30,922 bases of DNA from a virus (taxonomy: Duplodnaviria; Caudoviricetes), in the IMG/VR virus record IMGVR_UViG_3300017988_000020, positions 1-30,922 of that record, one strand, 5' to 3'. Below are positions 8,078-17,669 of the stretch, one piece after another (the stretch's first letter is position 1; each line of letters begins with the position of its first letter). The notes under the pieces were generated by a model. The model was not told the origin of the DNA. It was given only the letters and a program-made list of their open reading frames with translations, and did not search any database. Position numbers and translations under genes: made by a program.

Positions 8078-8725
8078 ATGTCAATGACAGTCCAGGGCGT
8101 GATAAACGAAGTCCGGGCGATGGTGCTAGAAACCAACCCGGCTAATTCCCATTTCACAGACGCAAACGTATTGACATATGTCAACGAGTGTACGCTTCAA
8201 CTGATGGCTTATCTCGGCTCATTTCCCAAGGTCAATTATACGCTGACCAGCGCCACCACCATGACGATGGGAGAAAACCTGCTCTGCCTGGACTATGCCG
8301 CTATTCAGAACCCCGACGCATCCTACAAAAAACTAAAGTCAACCGATTTTGACAGTTTCGTATTGCAAAACCCTGATTGGCTGAACGCGCCGCAGGGTAT
8401 CCCGACCTTCATAATCCGCATGGACGTGCTAAACTGGATGCTTTGGCCGGTTCCGCTGGCGATCTATACCGGTGTGCCGGTCGAGATTTACGGCAAGACG
8501 CTGCCGGCGCAATTGACTGTCGCCACGCAGGAATTGCCGCTATCCATTCTGTTCAACAACTGCTATCTGTTCTATGTGGCATGGAAGGTTTATCTAAACC
8601 ACCTGAACCAGCCGGACAAGGCAAAGGATGCCTTTGAAACCTTTGACAACTTCCGAAAAATCAACACGCAAGCCGCCACCGCGACCCAAGGGACGCTAAA
8701 GTCCTTCAATCTGACCAAGATGTAG
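8078..8725 (+). CDS. Head-tail adaptor (tail tubular A-like)
   Basis: MTVQGVINEVR...FTDANVLTYVNE and LWPVP pattern. Position after the capsid gene. Confidence 0.8.
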   Translation: MSMTVQGVINEVRAMVLETNPANSHFTDANVLTYVNECTLQLMAYLGSFPKVNYTLTSATTMTMGENLLCLDYAAIQNPDASYKKLKSTDFDSFVLQNPDWLNAPQGIPTFIIRMDVLNWMLWPVPLAIYTGVPVEIYGKTLPAQLTVATQELPLSILFNNCYLFYVAWKVYLNHLNQPDKAKDAFETFDNFRKINTQAATATQGTLKSFNLTKM

Positions 8726-8735
8726 GGAGAAGCCC

Positions 8736-11510
8736 ATGCTCCGCATAATCGCCGCTCTGTTGCTGATTGCCGCGCCTGTAATGGCGCAGGATAAGCCGTT
8801 TGATCACGCCTTCCGCAACATGACCGGCGGCGTGAACCCTACCAGCGCGCCCATGTATCTGCCGGATGCGCAAAGCCCTTGGATGATGAACATGGACGAG
8901 GACCAGACCTTTGGCGCACTGACATCCCGGCGCGGCTCCGTGGTGTGCGGCAACTATCCGACCGGCAATCAGGTGGTCAATATGTGGCAGTTTTCGCGAA
9001 ACGCTGGCACGCAATATCTTGTCGCCACGGACGGATATAGCGTTTACGCCACGCAGGATTGTAATAGCTGGACGAAAGTTAAAGACGGTCTACCCTACGA
9101 TTATTACGAATTCGCCACAGTCAACAACAAGCTATGGGTAACGTCGCAAAGCATCGCACCGTTTACATGGGACGGCAGCAATACCGTGCTGCTGGACGGC
9201 TCCGGAACTTCCACCACCGCGCCGCTGGCAAAGCATATCCTTTATTGGCAGTCCCGCGTATGGATGGCAAATACGAGCAGCAACGGCAGCGAACTGGATT
9301 TTACGGTGCTGGCCGACACAACGGGCGCGCAGATAGACCCGACGCTTGCAGGGTCATTCTCGGCCCTCTATCAGCTTTGGATAAATCCCTCCGATGGCGG
9401 ACAGATAAACGCAATCATTCCCTATCGCGGCTATTTACTGGTGTTTAAGGATTCCGGTATCTGGCAAGTGCAGTTTCAGGACGAGTACAATCTCTCGGTC
9501 AGCAAAGCGCTTTCTTCCGTAGGTTGCGTGGCTGGCGACACGGTGCGAGAATATAACGGCAGCATCTATTTCCTCGGCAAAGACGGAGAGATGTATACCA
9601 TAAACATGTGGATGCAGGTGCAGCATACCGCGCACCAGCTTAATGCCATTCTCAAGAACGTAACGCAACCGCAATTCGGGCTGACGCAGCAACTTTATAA
9701 TACCGATGTGATGTGGCAGACCGGGACGATTAAGCCATCCGGCGCGTTTGTGCAGGGAGATAACCTTCTGGAACTATCCAGCGCCGCAGCATCTTATACG
9801 CTTCCCGTCTGGCCCGCTGAACCCTCTACAACGATTTCCACGCCTGCTTATTCCGTCAATATGTCAACGGCGGTCAGCTGTATGTACTGTGATATGAGGT
9901 TTTATAATGCACCCGTTAATACTACTTTCGGGGACGACATAACTATGAGTGGCGCAGAATATGTTCCAGAATTACAATTTTTTGGAGATGATGAAGCGTC
10001 TGCGAATGCCTATATGGTAAGTACATCAACCGGTAATCTTTATGGAAGCAGCACAATTCTTTTCACTCCCGGATATCCAAAGGAAGCATACTCTGACCAA
10101 AATTCAGCTCTAGTATCTCAATATTTCGTGATAGCATCCAATTCCAATAATCTGAATATAGGTAGCTTTACTGGCATAGGCGTTGGGTGTCAAACTTCAT
10201 TTGGCATTAATTCTGCCATAGACTACACCCAAGCAACAATGAGTGATTCCTTTTCGACAACTTGTTATCTTGACAAATTCACGAACAGCGGTGTTACTAC
10301 CGGTGCGAGTTTGTTTACTAATACCGGCACCGGAACTGCAAATATTTCCAATATAGGTGGTAATCCTGGTGATTGGAATTTAAACTCATGGACTATGACA
10401 GGCAATTTTCCGATATATATAACCTCAAGAGTTAATATTGATGGTGGCGTTGCGCTGGCTTTCTCTACTGCCACTACCGGGGTGGTTTATTTCTCCACCA
10501 CAACTTACACGCTGCAACCCGGCGCACTCAGTACCACTTCTGTTTATACAGGTCTTTCTACGACCGTTACCGATACAGTTATGGAAAACTTTATTATGTC
10601 AATGCCTTTCGGCGACTTCACAACACCGATTAATTCTGGCCAGCTTAAAGGCTCTTGGACATCGCCCGATATTTACGCCTCCAATTTGACAAACTGGGTT
10701 TCATCAAGCATTTCCAGTTCCTCTTTATATCAGGTTGCCATATCGAGCATAAGCTTCTATTACCGCGCCGCGCCTACGGCTACGGCACTTTCTACTCAAA
10801 CATGGCTTCCACTAACCGTCGGTAATCTTTCTATTCCGGCAATCGATTATTACGCGCAATTGCATGTGGATATGGCTGATTGGGCTGTAACTGCAAGCAG
10901 CAGAAATTATGTGTCCAGCCTCGGGCTGTCATGGAAATATGGTTCCGCATCCGTAGGTGGCATCCCCCATGCCATGATTTACAACAACCGCTATTATGTC
11001 GCTGTCGCGTCCAGCAATGCCACGACCGATAATCTGATGCTGAAACTGTCCGTTGAACCGGCGGAGCATTGGAGTTTATATAGCCTCGGCTGCCCGGCGC
11101 TGCTCAATTATCTAAATTCGCCAAAATGCGCGATAAATGGCACGTCGAAAATAGACACGTTTGATACCGGCTACAGCGATGAGGGCAAACAAATATCATT
11201 TGAATGGCAGTCCGGCGACCAGTTGGAGAACGCGGCCTACTATCCGAAATATCTGCAATATATCCTGCTGGACTATCTGGCTACTGCTTCAACAGCGTTC
11301 AATTACGGGTTCAGCATTGACCAAGGTACGACCTTCACCGATTACACAGAAACCAGCGACGGCTCCGGCATCCGGGAAATTCACCGCGATAACGTGATTG
11401 CCAATCAGGCGCCACAATATCGCCTGCACGTTACCGGCGCGACCAACACGCCGATAACCATTTATGGAATTGATGGCATGGGCTTTGTGCGTCCGACCTT
11501 GGCTCAATAA
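8736..11510 (+). CDS. Tail nozzle / packaged-DNA stabilisation protein (P22 gp10 or T7 gp12-like) with N-terminal signal peptide
   Basis: GGVN...GALTSRRG N-terminus and beta-propeller motifs LLVFK, VGCVA, IYFLGKDG. Begins MLRIIAALLLIAAPVMA-QD. Confidence 0.8.
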   Translation: MLRIIAALLLIAAPVMAQDKPFDHAFRNMTGGVNPTSAPMYLPDAQSPWMMNMDEDQTFGALTSRRGSVVCGNYPTGNQVVNMWQFSRNAGTQYLVATDGYSVYATQDCNSWTKVKDGLPYDYYEFATVNNKLWVTSQSIAPFTWDGSNTVLLDGSGTSTTAPLAKHILYWQSRVWMANTSSNGSELDFTVLADTTGAQIDPTLAGSFSALYQLWINPSDGGQINAIIPYRGYLLVFKDSGIWQVQFQDEYNLSVSKALSSVGCVAGDTVREYNGSIYFLGKDGEMYTINMWMQVQHTAHQLNAILKNVTQPQFGLTQQLYNTDVMWQTGTIKPSGAFVQGDNLLELSSAAASYTLPVWPAEPSTTISTPAYSVNMSTAVSCMYCDMRFYNAPVNTTFGDDITMSGAEYVPELQFFGDDEASANAYMVSTSTGNLYGSSTILFTPGYPKEAYSDQNSALVSQYFVIASNSNNLNIGSFTGIGVGCQTSFGINSAIDYTQATMSDSFSTTCYLDKFTNSGVTTGASLFTNTGTGTANISNIGGNPGDWNLNSWTMTGNFPIYITSRVNIDGGVALAFSTATTGVVYFSTTTYTLQPGALSTTSVYTGLSTTVTDTVMENFIMSMPFGDFTTPINSGQLKGSWTSPDIYASNLTNWVSSSISSSSLYQVAISSISFYYRAAPTATALSTQTWLPLTVGNLSIPAIDYYAQLHVDMADWAVTASSRNYVSSLGLSWKYGSASVGGIPHAMIYNNRYYVAVASSNATTDNLMLKLSVEPAEHWSLYSLGCPALLNYLNSPKCAINGTSKIDTFDTGYSDEGKQISFEWQSGDQLENAAYYPKYLQYILLDYLATASTAFNYGFSIDQGTTFTDYTETSDGSGIREIHRDNVIANQAPQYRLHVTGATNTPITIYGIDGMGFVRPTLAQ

Positions 11511-11511
11511 C

Positions 11512-14394
11512 ATGAAAACAATAATCCTGATTGCGCTATTTGCAAGTATTGCCTCGGCACAGTCCACCACGCCGAACACTGTTGAAACGTCCGCAACCCC
11601 GGCATCCATAGCCTCGGAACTGGACACGACCATAAACCATACGGTAACGCATCCGGCGATTCGCCAGAATGTGCAAAGCGGTCATGTAGACAGCGCGGGT
11701 AACCCGAATTATGTAAGCTGGACGGCTGGTAAACTTTATGTTGATGGCTCCGTAACGCCGCTTACTGTTACCGTTGCCGATGGCGTGAATGCCTATGGCA
11801 CGGTGGACTATAACTTCCAGCTTAAAAGCAAAATGGCTATGACGCGGCCTGGCGCAAATGCCTACATCTTCATTACCTACAATCCCAACACCAGCGCTAT
11901 CAGCGTGGGCGCATCAGCCTCGCCGGTGCAGACGGTGAACGTACTGCCCACTTCCGGCGTAGCAAATGTATGGTATTGGATTGTTGCATTGCAAAAAAAC
12001 TATATGTACGTTTCCGGGCGTATGCAGGATACTCCGTCGCTTTATCTCGGCATGTTCTACAGTACCGGCTCATTTGTGTATGCCAATTTCCAAAAGACCT
12101 CAGTCGCGTCCGGCTCCGGCACTGGCACACTGCCTATGGATTTGGCCTATGTTGACCAGTCAAATACATTCACCAGCCCCAACACTTTTACGCAGACCAT
12201 CAGCGGTAGCATTACCGGCAATGCCGCGACTGCCAACTACGCCAGCACGGCGGGATTCGTCTCACTGGCTCCTGGTACTGGTGGAATACAAAGCACGTTA
12301 GCGGGAGAGGGCACTAATGCCATAGATTTGCAAACTATCCAGTCAAGCAATACGCAAATAGCGAGCGGCAATTATTCCTCGCTATTGGGTGGATGGGGGA
12401 ATACCGCGTCTGGTTCATATTCTACGGTACTCGGCGGCTATGGTAATACCGCATCTGGCAACTATTCCATTGCGGGCGGACAAAGCACAACGTGCGGCGC
12501 GAATAACGCGTTCTGTTGGACCGACGGGCTGACCCCTACGGGCGGCGGTGCGATTGGCGGCATTTCTTACGGCGCGTGGTTCAAATCACAATATTTCCGG
12601 GTCACGCAAAGCACCAATCCTGCAGATGGTGGCTTCTTTGTTGACAATCACGGTTATGTCGGCATCGGCGAGACGATGGGGCAAGCTCCGGCGTATCCCC
12701 TTGACGTCTGGGGCATCGTGCGTTCCGCGAATGGCGGGTTTATGTTCCCTGACGGGACCGTGCAGATAACCGCAATATCTACAGTCGACGGCATCGCCCA
12801 TCTCGCAGGAGACAACCAGACCTTTGTGCAAGACATAAATACTTTCTCCGGACAGACCAACCTCAACGGCGGCGTGAATATTTCCACGCCTGCTTTCAAC
12901 CAAAACGCGGGCGGACTTAATATCAAGGGAATCATCGATCTTGTGGACGGCACGACTATCCAAACCAACGGTTACGATATTGTTTTCAATGGCTCCGGTC
13001 CGAAGGGTGTTCACAATACTAGTGCGTACGGTGAAACCATAGATGGAGCATTAACGGTGGGCGGCGGTGTCGCCATTACCGGTGGATGGCCCATAACTGC
13101 CGGGAGTATGACTGTAACATCATCTGCAACTGCGTCTGCTTTCTTTGGCGACGGGTCACACCTGACTGGGATATCTACCACTGACGCGGGCGCGGGGCAT
13201 CTTGTAAGCACTCAAACATGGTCCGGCGTAAATACTTTTCAGGGACCCATCGTTATAAATGGTGGTGGCGGTTCCAACCTGTACCCATACATGGCGTGGA
13301 TATCCACCAGCAGCATTCCGTACGCGCAATATCGCGGCGTGTGGATGGCATTCGACCCATCCTATAACGGTTGGTGGGTCACAATGCCAGAAACCAACAA
13401 TCCATACACGAATTGTCCGGACTGCTATATGATTGGGAGCAATATTTCAAAAGGCAAAGTAGTGCTGTCTGGCGGGTATAACACGTGGCCGAACGCTTCT
13501 TTTGATGTGGTAGTATCGTCTGCCCATTATGTGGGCATAAGCACCGGTATGCCGCAGTATCCGCTAGATGTGAATGGTGCGGCTATGTTCCGCAGTTCCG
13601 CAACCGCTTCCGCATTTTACGGCGACGGTTCACATTTGACTGGACTACCGTCCGGCGGCGGGATAACTGCGCTTACCGGCGACGTTACCGCATCAGGTTC
13701 CGGCAGCGTGTCGGCGACGCTGGCAAGTATTAGCACCCCGGGAACATATGGCAGCGCAACGGTAGTCCCAACAATCACCATGGACGCAAAGGGCAGAATT
13801 ACAAGCGTTTCCAGCAACACTATTGTGGCAGCACAGACTAACCAAGCCAATGTATTCACGCTAACGCAAAACATAACTAATTCAATCCCTGGGCAATTAC
13901 ATATTACAAACCCTTCGGCTTCGGGAAGTGAGTCTTCAATATATCATTACACTGTTAACGGTTCAACATGGGTCGCCGGTGCTGGTGGCTGGGGTAATGG
14001 AGATACATATACAATCGGAAATATATCCAATGGTGCGCTATTAAAGGTTTCCAACAATGGCAATCTGAATGTGGCAGGAGCATTGACAGTTGGAGCACTG
14101 TCCCCACAAGCTATAGCAACATCATACACATCACCCTCATATGTGCAATTAGGTTCGCTGATTATTCAATGGGGAACAGTGTCTCTCACTGACGGTTCAA
14201 CATCCACCATTACTTTCGCGAAAACCTTTACATCCGGAACAACATACGTGGCGACTGTTTCGGAACTTGGCAGTAATGGTGATGACCCCTATGTTAACGG
14301 TTTCCGAGTAAATTCACAATCTGCCGCAAGTATGGCTGTTCAGAGTAAAACAAACGGCACTAATAACTGCAACTGGATAGCTATTGGATATTAA
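11512..14394 (+). CDS. Tail fibre / receptor-binding protein with N-terminal signal peptide
   Basis: Start 11512 follows the upstream stop (MKTIILIALFASIASA-QS). GG.GNTASG.YS adhesin repeats, YVGI...YPLDV.G modules, C-terminal LIIQWG...WIAIGY domain typical of tail fibres. Confidence 0.85.
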   Translation: MKTIILIALFASIASAQSTTPNTVETSATPASIASELDTTINHTVTHPAIRQNVQSGHVDSAGNPNYVSWTAGKLYVDGSVTPLTVTVADGVNAYGTVDYNFQLKSKMAMTRPGANAYIFITYNPNTSAISVGASASPVQTVNVLPTSGVANVWYWIVALQKNYMYVSGRMQDTPSLYLGMFYSTGSFVYANFQKTSVASGSGTGTLPMDLAYVDQSNTFTSPNTFTQTISGSITGNAATANYASTAGFVSLAPGTGGIQSTLAGEGTNAIDLQTIQSSNTQIASGNYSSLLGGWGNTASGSYSTVLGGYGNTASGNYSIAGGQSTTCGANNAFCWTDGLTPTGGGAIGGISYGAWFKSQYFRVTQSTNPADGGFFVDNHGYVGIGETMGQAPAYPLDVWGIVRSANGGFMFPDGTVQITAISTVDGIAHLAGDNQTFVQDINTFSGQTNLNGGVNISTPAFNQNAGGLNIKGIIDLVDGTTIQTNGYDIVFNGSGPKGVHNTSAYGETIDGALTVGGGVAITGGWPITAGSMTVTSSATASAFFGDGSHLTGISTTDAGAGHLVSTQTWSGVNTFQGPIVINGGGGSNLYPYMAWISTSSIPYAQYRGVWMAFDPSYNGWWVTMPETNNPYTNCPDCYMIGSNISKGKVVLSGGYNTWPNASFDVVVSSAHYVGISTGMPQYPLDVNGAAMFRSSATASAFYGDGSHLTGLPSGGGITALTGDVTASGSGSVSATLASISTPGTYGSATVVPTITMDAKGRITSVSSNTIVAAQTNQANVFTLTQNITNSIPGQLHITNPSASGSESSIYHYTVNGSTWVAGAGGWGNGDTYTIGNISNGALLKVSNNGNLNVAGALTVGALSPQAIATSYTSPSYVQLGSLIIQWGTVSLTDGSTSTITFAKTFTSGTTYVATVSELGSNGDDPYVNGFRVNSQSAASMAVQSKTNGTNNCNWIAIGY

Positions 14395-14397
14395 ATC

Positions 14398-14649
14398 ATG
14401 GGAACTGAAGACCGGCTTGTACGGATTGAAGAGAAAATAGACCTGCTGCTATCGCGGCAGGCCACGCACGACGCGCGTATCGAAGCCATAGAAAAAAATA
14501 ATGAAAAGCTCGACAAGATAGTCATGGGCACCGGTGAGACTCCCGGACTGATGGAGCAGACGCGCCAGACTGCCCGCGACGAACGTCTAATCGCTATCGG
14601 CATATCAACTATCATCAGCGGGATTCTCGGCTGGTGGCAGCATCACTAA
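14398..14649 (+). CDS. Holin-like coiled-coil protein with C-terminal TM helix
   Basis: EDRLVRIEEKID coiled coil and LIAIGISTIISGILGWW helix. Upstream of an endolysin remnant. Confidence 0.6.
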   Translation: MGTEDRLVRIEEKIDLLLSRQATHDARIEAIEKNNEKLDKIVMGTGETPGLMEQTRQTARDERLIAIGISTIISGILGWWQHH

Positions 14650-14658
14650 AGGAAACAT

Positions 14659-14808
14659 ATGGAAAATCAACAACTGACGGAGCATTTCAGTTTTTATGAG
14701 TTGACGGATTCGGCGGCGCATCCGGATCTGGTGGACAGTAACCGCACGGACGCGCAGGCATATCTGCGCTCGCTCGCCGACGTCTGCAAAATACTGCTTG
14801 AGCCCTAG
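14659..14808 (+). pseudogene. Truncated peptidase M15-type endolysin
   Basis: MENQQLTEHFSFYELTDS...VCKILLEP*R matches the M15 N-terminus (LT.HF...EL..S...LEP.R). The catalytic SGYR/SxH region is absent. Confidence 0.75.
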
Positions 14809-14854
14809 CGGGCGGGATTGAATTTATGAGCGCATACATAATTTAAATCAGCAA

Positions 14855-14867
14855 TTGTATATTATAC
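14855..14867 (+). promoter_or_regulatory. Putative late promoter, copy 3
   Basis: TTGTATATTATAC directly before the AGGAGGG RBS of the gene at 14878. Confidence 0.7.
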
Positions 14868-14877
14868 AGGAGGGCAA

Positions 14878-15597
14878 ATGGCTTTCTCGGATGAACTTTC
14901 AGACGTTTTAGGCTACAACCGCCGCACGGCGCAGCTTTCCGGCGTTACCCCGTATCAGCAGATAATTGGCGCGGCTATAGGTATTGGCGGCACAGTCGGC
15001 GGTCTTATAGGCGCATTTGGCAGCAAACCGCCCAATTACAATATTTCTATGCCCTCGAATGAATACAGCAACCTGTTGAGCAGCCAGCAGGCAGGGTTTA
15101 ATTCAGCTACGGCGGCCTACAATACCTCCATGACCAATCTTGGTACACAGATGGCGGGGCAAGCCGTTTCGGGCCTGTCCGCACGCGGTATAGCCAACCA
15201 AGGAACTATTGCGGCAACCAAGGCCAGCGTCGGCTCCTCCATTTCCAGCGCAAGGGCCGCAGCCGCGCAGGCATTGCAGGAAGCACAGCTTAAAGCGGGC
15301 AATCAACTGGAATCCTCACTTGCCGGATACAACATGCAACTTTCAAACAACGCCTATAAAGCAGCCATGCAGAAATATGCAGCGCAGCAAGGGCTTTGGG
15401 GCGCATTGGGCGGCGTGGGCGCGGGGCTTTCGATGCTGGATAAACAGCAGTTGCCAGTACGCGGTTCATTGCAGCCTGGACAACTTGGTGATGAGGATGT
15501 AACTAACCCCGAAACGTATGGACGCGGCACTGGGCCAATAGGGCCAGAAATGGCATCAGACCAGACTACAAGCCTGCTTAAAACAGGAGGTCAATAA
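14878..15597 (+). CDS. Internal virion / DNA ejection protein
   Basis: Gly/Ala/Gln-rich with glycine-zipper segments and an LSARGI motif. Confidence 0.7.
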   Translation: MAFSDELSDVLGYNRRTAQLSGVTPYQQIIGAAIGIGGTVGGLIGAFGSKPPNYNISMPSNEYSNLLSSQQAGFNSATAAYNTSMTNLGTQMAGQAVSGLSARGIANQGTIAATKASVGSSISSARAAAAQALQEAQLKAGNQLESSLAGYNMQLSNNAYKAAMQKYAAQQGLWGALGGVGAGLSMLDKQQLPVRGSLQPGQLGDEDVTNPETYGRGTGPIGPEMASDQTTSLLKTGGQ

Positions 15598-16100
15598 TGT
15601 CTTTACTTGGTAATATCGGCCTTGGCGTGTCTGTAGGCGGCCTGCTTGGCAGCGTTTTAGGTTCCGGCAATCAGCCCTCCTACGATTATAGCGGCTATCA
15701 GAAGGCCCTCGACCTGATAAATCAGCAGCAGGCCAATGTCAACACCTATTATCAGCAGGCGGGGCAATCGCTGGAATCGCAATATGGGCAGATGTATGGC
15801 ACGACTATGCAGAATGCGGTAAACGCCAGCGCAGCGAAAGGAATTTATAACAGCCCCGTCTCTCAAGTCGGCCTCAATCGCACGACCTCGCAGCTTGCGA
15901 ATGTCTACGCAAACGCACAGGCCAATTTGCAAGGTCAAAAACTAGAAGCGCAGAATGGCATAGATAGCCAGATGGCGAGCTATTATACCAATCTGGCGAA
16001 TACGCAGTATCAAACGCAGATGGGGCAGTATCAGAACCAGCAATCAACTTTCGGCGCAATCGGCGGCTTGGCTGGCGGCGCGCTTGCCGCAATACTCTAA
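15597..16100 (+). CDS. Internal virion / DNA ejection protein
   Basis: TAATG coupling, glycine-zipper ends, Q/N-rich core. Confidence 0.7.
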   Translation: MSLLGNIGLGVSVGGLLGSVLGSGNQPSYDYSGYQKALDLINQQQANVNTYYQQAGQSLESQYGQMYGTTMQNAVNASAAKGIYNSPVSQVGLNRTTSQLANVYANAQANLQGQKLEAQNGIDSQMASYYTNLANTQYQTQMGQYQNQQSTFGAIGGLAGGALAAIL

Positions 16101-16112
16101 GGAGCTTAAAAC

Positions 16113-17669
16113 ATGGCAATGTCCCAACAGGCAGGAGCAGCGAATATCCCGGCGGCAATGGGCGGCGACGCGTCAATTAACCCGCAGGCGCTTGATGCAG
16201 CCAGTCAGTCCGCATTACAGGCCGCGCAGCCAGCGCAGGGCTACGCTTCCAATTCTGACCCCGCTATGCAGGCGGTGCAGTCTGTCCGCAGCAATCCGCT
16301 AAACCAGTTGACCGGTGTACTCGCTGGCGGCGGCATGGGCGCGGCAACAACCAATCCCGGCGGGAGCAGCGCGGGTAATTTCTTGCAGGGCTTCACGGCT
16401 GGACTACAGGCTCCAGCAAAAGTCTATGCATTGAAACAGGCCGAACTTCAAAGCACGATAGACGCGACCCCGCTTTCCGCGACATATCCGAGCATTGCGG
16501 ACAGGTATCCGGCGTTTTCAGGAATGCCAACTAAAATAGCGCTTGACCATATCCAGCAGATTTCAAAAGATGCGGTGGACCTATACACCAAGAATCAGGA
16601 AATTAACGCCGCTGCGCAGGCGCAAGAAGTCAACCAAGTTAATGCAGGGTCATACCGCAACAGCGTGGCGCTGGCGTTGGGTTCTGATGCATCAGGTATA
16701 AATCTTAGCAAGCCAAATAACTTACTGGATAGCGCAGTGGACACCAACGGCAATCCATTTCCTGATGATGTGGGCGCACACGTCGGCACAAACGGCATTG
16801 TGGTGGACAAGGATAATCAGCCTATACAGGGTGCACATATTGTGCAGGGCGGAAAGCTCATAGGAATGAAAGATAACGATGTTTCCGACTTTGTGCGCTG
16901 GAACATCATGCAGAAGCAACAGGGCAATGACCAGCAACAAATGACGCTCAACCAGCAGGAAAACGCCTGGAATATGTTGTTCCGAGAAACGAACCAGTAC
17001 GTTGCGATGAGGGGTTCGGCGTTAGGATTGGTAGGGCAACTGAATATGCGTTCCGACCGTGCGCTTGCGCTTGTCTCGCAAGGCCAAATAACGCCGCAGG
17101 AATTACAGGCGGTTAATGAGGATATTGCCGCCATAATGAAGGGCGGAGTACCGGCAGAGGCCGAAGTCAAAGGCATATCTTACGGCAGTCTTAAGGCCGA
17201 CCTCGAAAAGAAAATAGGCTATCTGATGAATAATCCCGCCGCAGTTACGCTTCCGGATATTCAGGCCAAACTCAAGGACGACCTCACACGCATTAAAGAC
17301 ATTGACCAAAAACTTGTGCTGGCGAATCTTAACCAAGCCGCCATAGCGCATGGCACACTTATAAATTCATCGACGGAGAATAAGCAACGCTGGCACGAGT
17401 ATGCCAACAACATAACTCAGGACGTTCTGGGCGGCAATTTCACCATCCCAGACGCTAAGGGAAATCCGACCTTTGACACACAGAGGTTTACTGCCGCGTA
17501 TGGCAGCCAAGGAATAGGCGGACCGGCGAATGTTTGGGGCGGTCCGGCAGGAAGCAACCAGATGCTTACGCCGCTCAGCAATGGCCCCGCTGAAGGTACG
17601 CAAGCCACGAAGGTAATCAATGGCAAACCTACGCTTTTAACTTTCACTAAAGGACGGTGGGTATACTAA
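16113..17669 (+). CDS. Internal virion / DNA ejection protein
   Basis: AAGGAG RBS, Q/A/N-rich helical protein within the ejection cluster. Confidence 0.7.
   Translation: MAMSQQAGAANIPAAMGGDASINPQALDAASQSALQAAQPAQGYASNSDPAMQAVQSVRSNPLNQLTGVLAGGGMGAATTNPGGSSAGNFLQGFTAGLQAPAKVYALKQAELQSTIDATPLSATYPSIADRYPAFSGMPTKIALDHIQQISKDAVDLYTKNQEINAAAQAQEVNQVNAGSYRNSVALALGSDASGINLSKPNNLLDSAVDTNGNPFPDDVGAHVGTNGIVVDKDNQPIQGAHIVQGGKLIGMKDNDVSDFVRWNIMQKQQGNDQQQMTLNQQENAWNMLFRETNQYVAMRGSALGLVGQLNMRSDRALALVSQGQITPQELQAVNEDIAAIMKGGVPAEAEVKGISYGSLKADLEKKIGYLMNNPAAVTLPDIQAKLKDDLTRIKDIDQKLVLANLNQAAIAHGTLINSSTENKQRWHEYANNITQDVLGGNFTIPDAKGNPTFDTQRFTAAYGSQGIGGPANVWGGPAGSNQMLTPLSNGPAEGTQATKVINGKPTLLTFTKGRWVY

Noticed and set aside
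8006-8080. Capsid amber readthrough: TAG-CGG plus a hairpin, in frame and stop-free to the adaptor ATG
   Set aside because: Plausible by chance over 23 GC-rich codons. The hairpin is explained as a terminator, and a capsid-adaptor fusion has no support.
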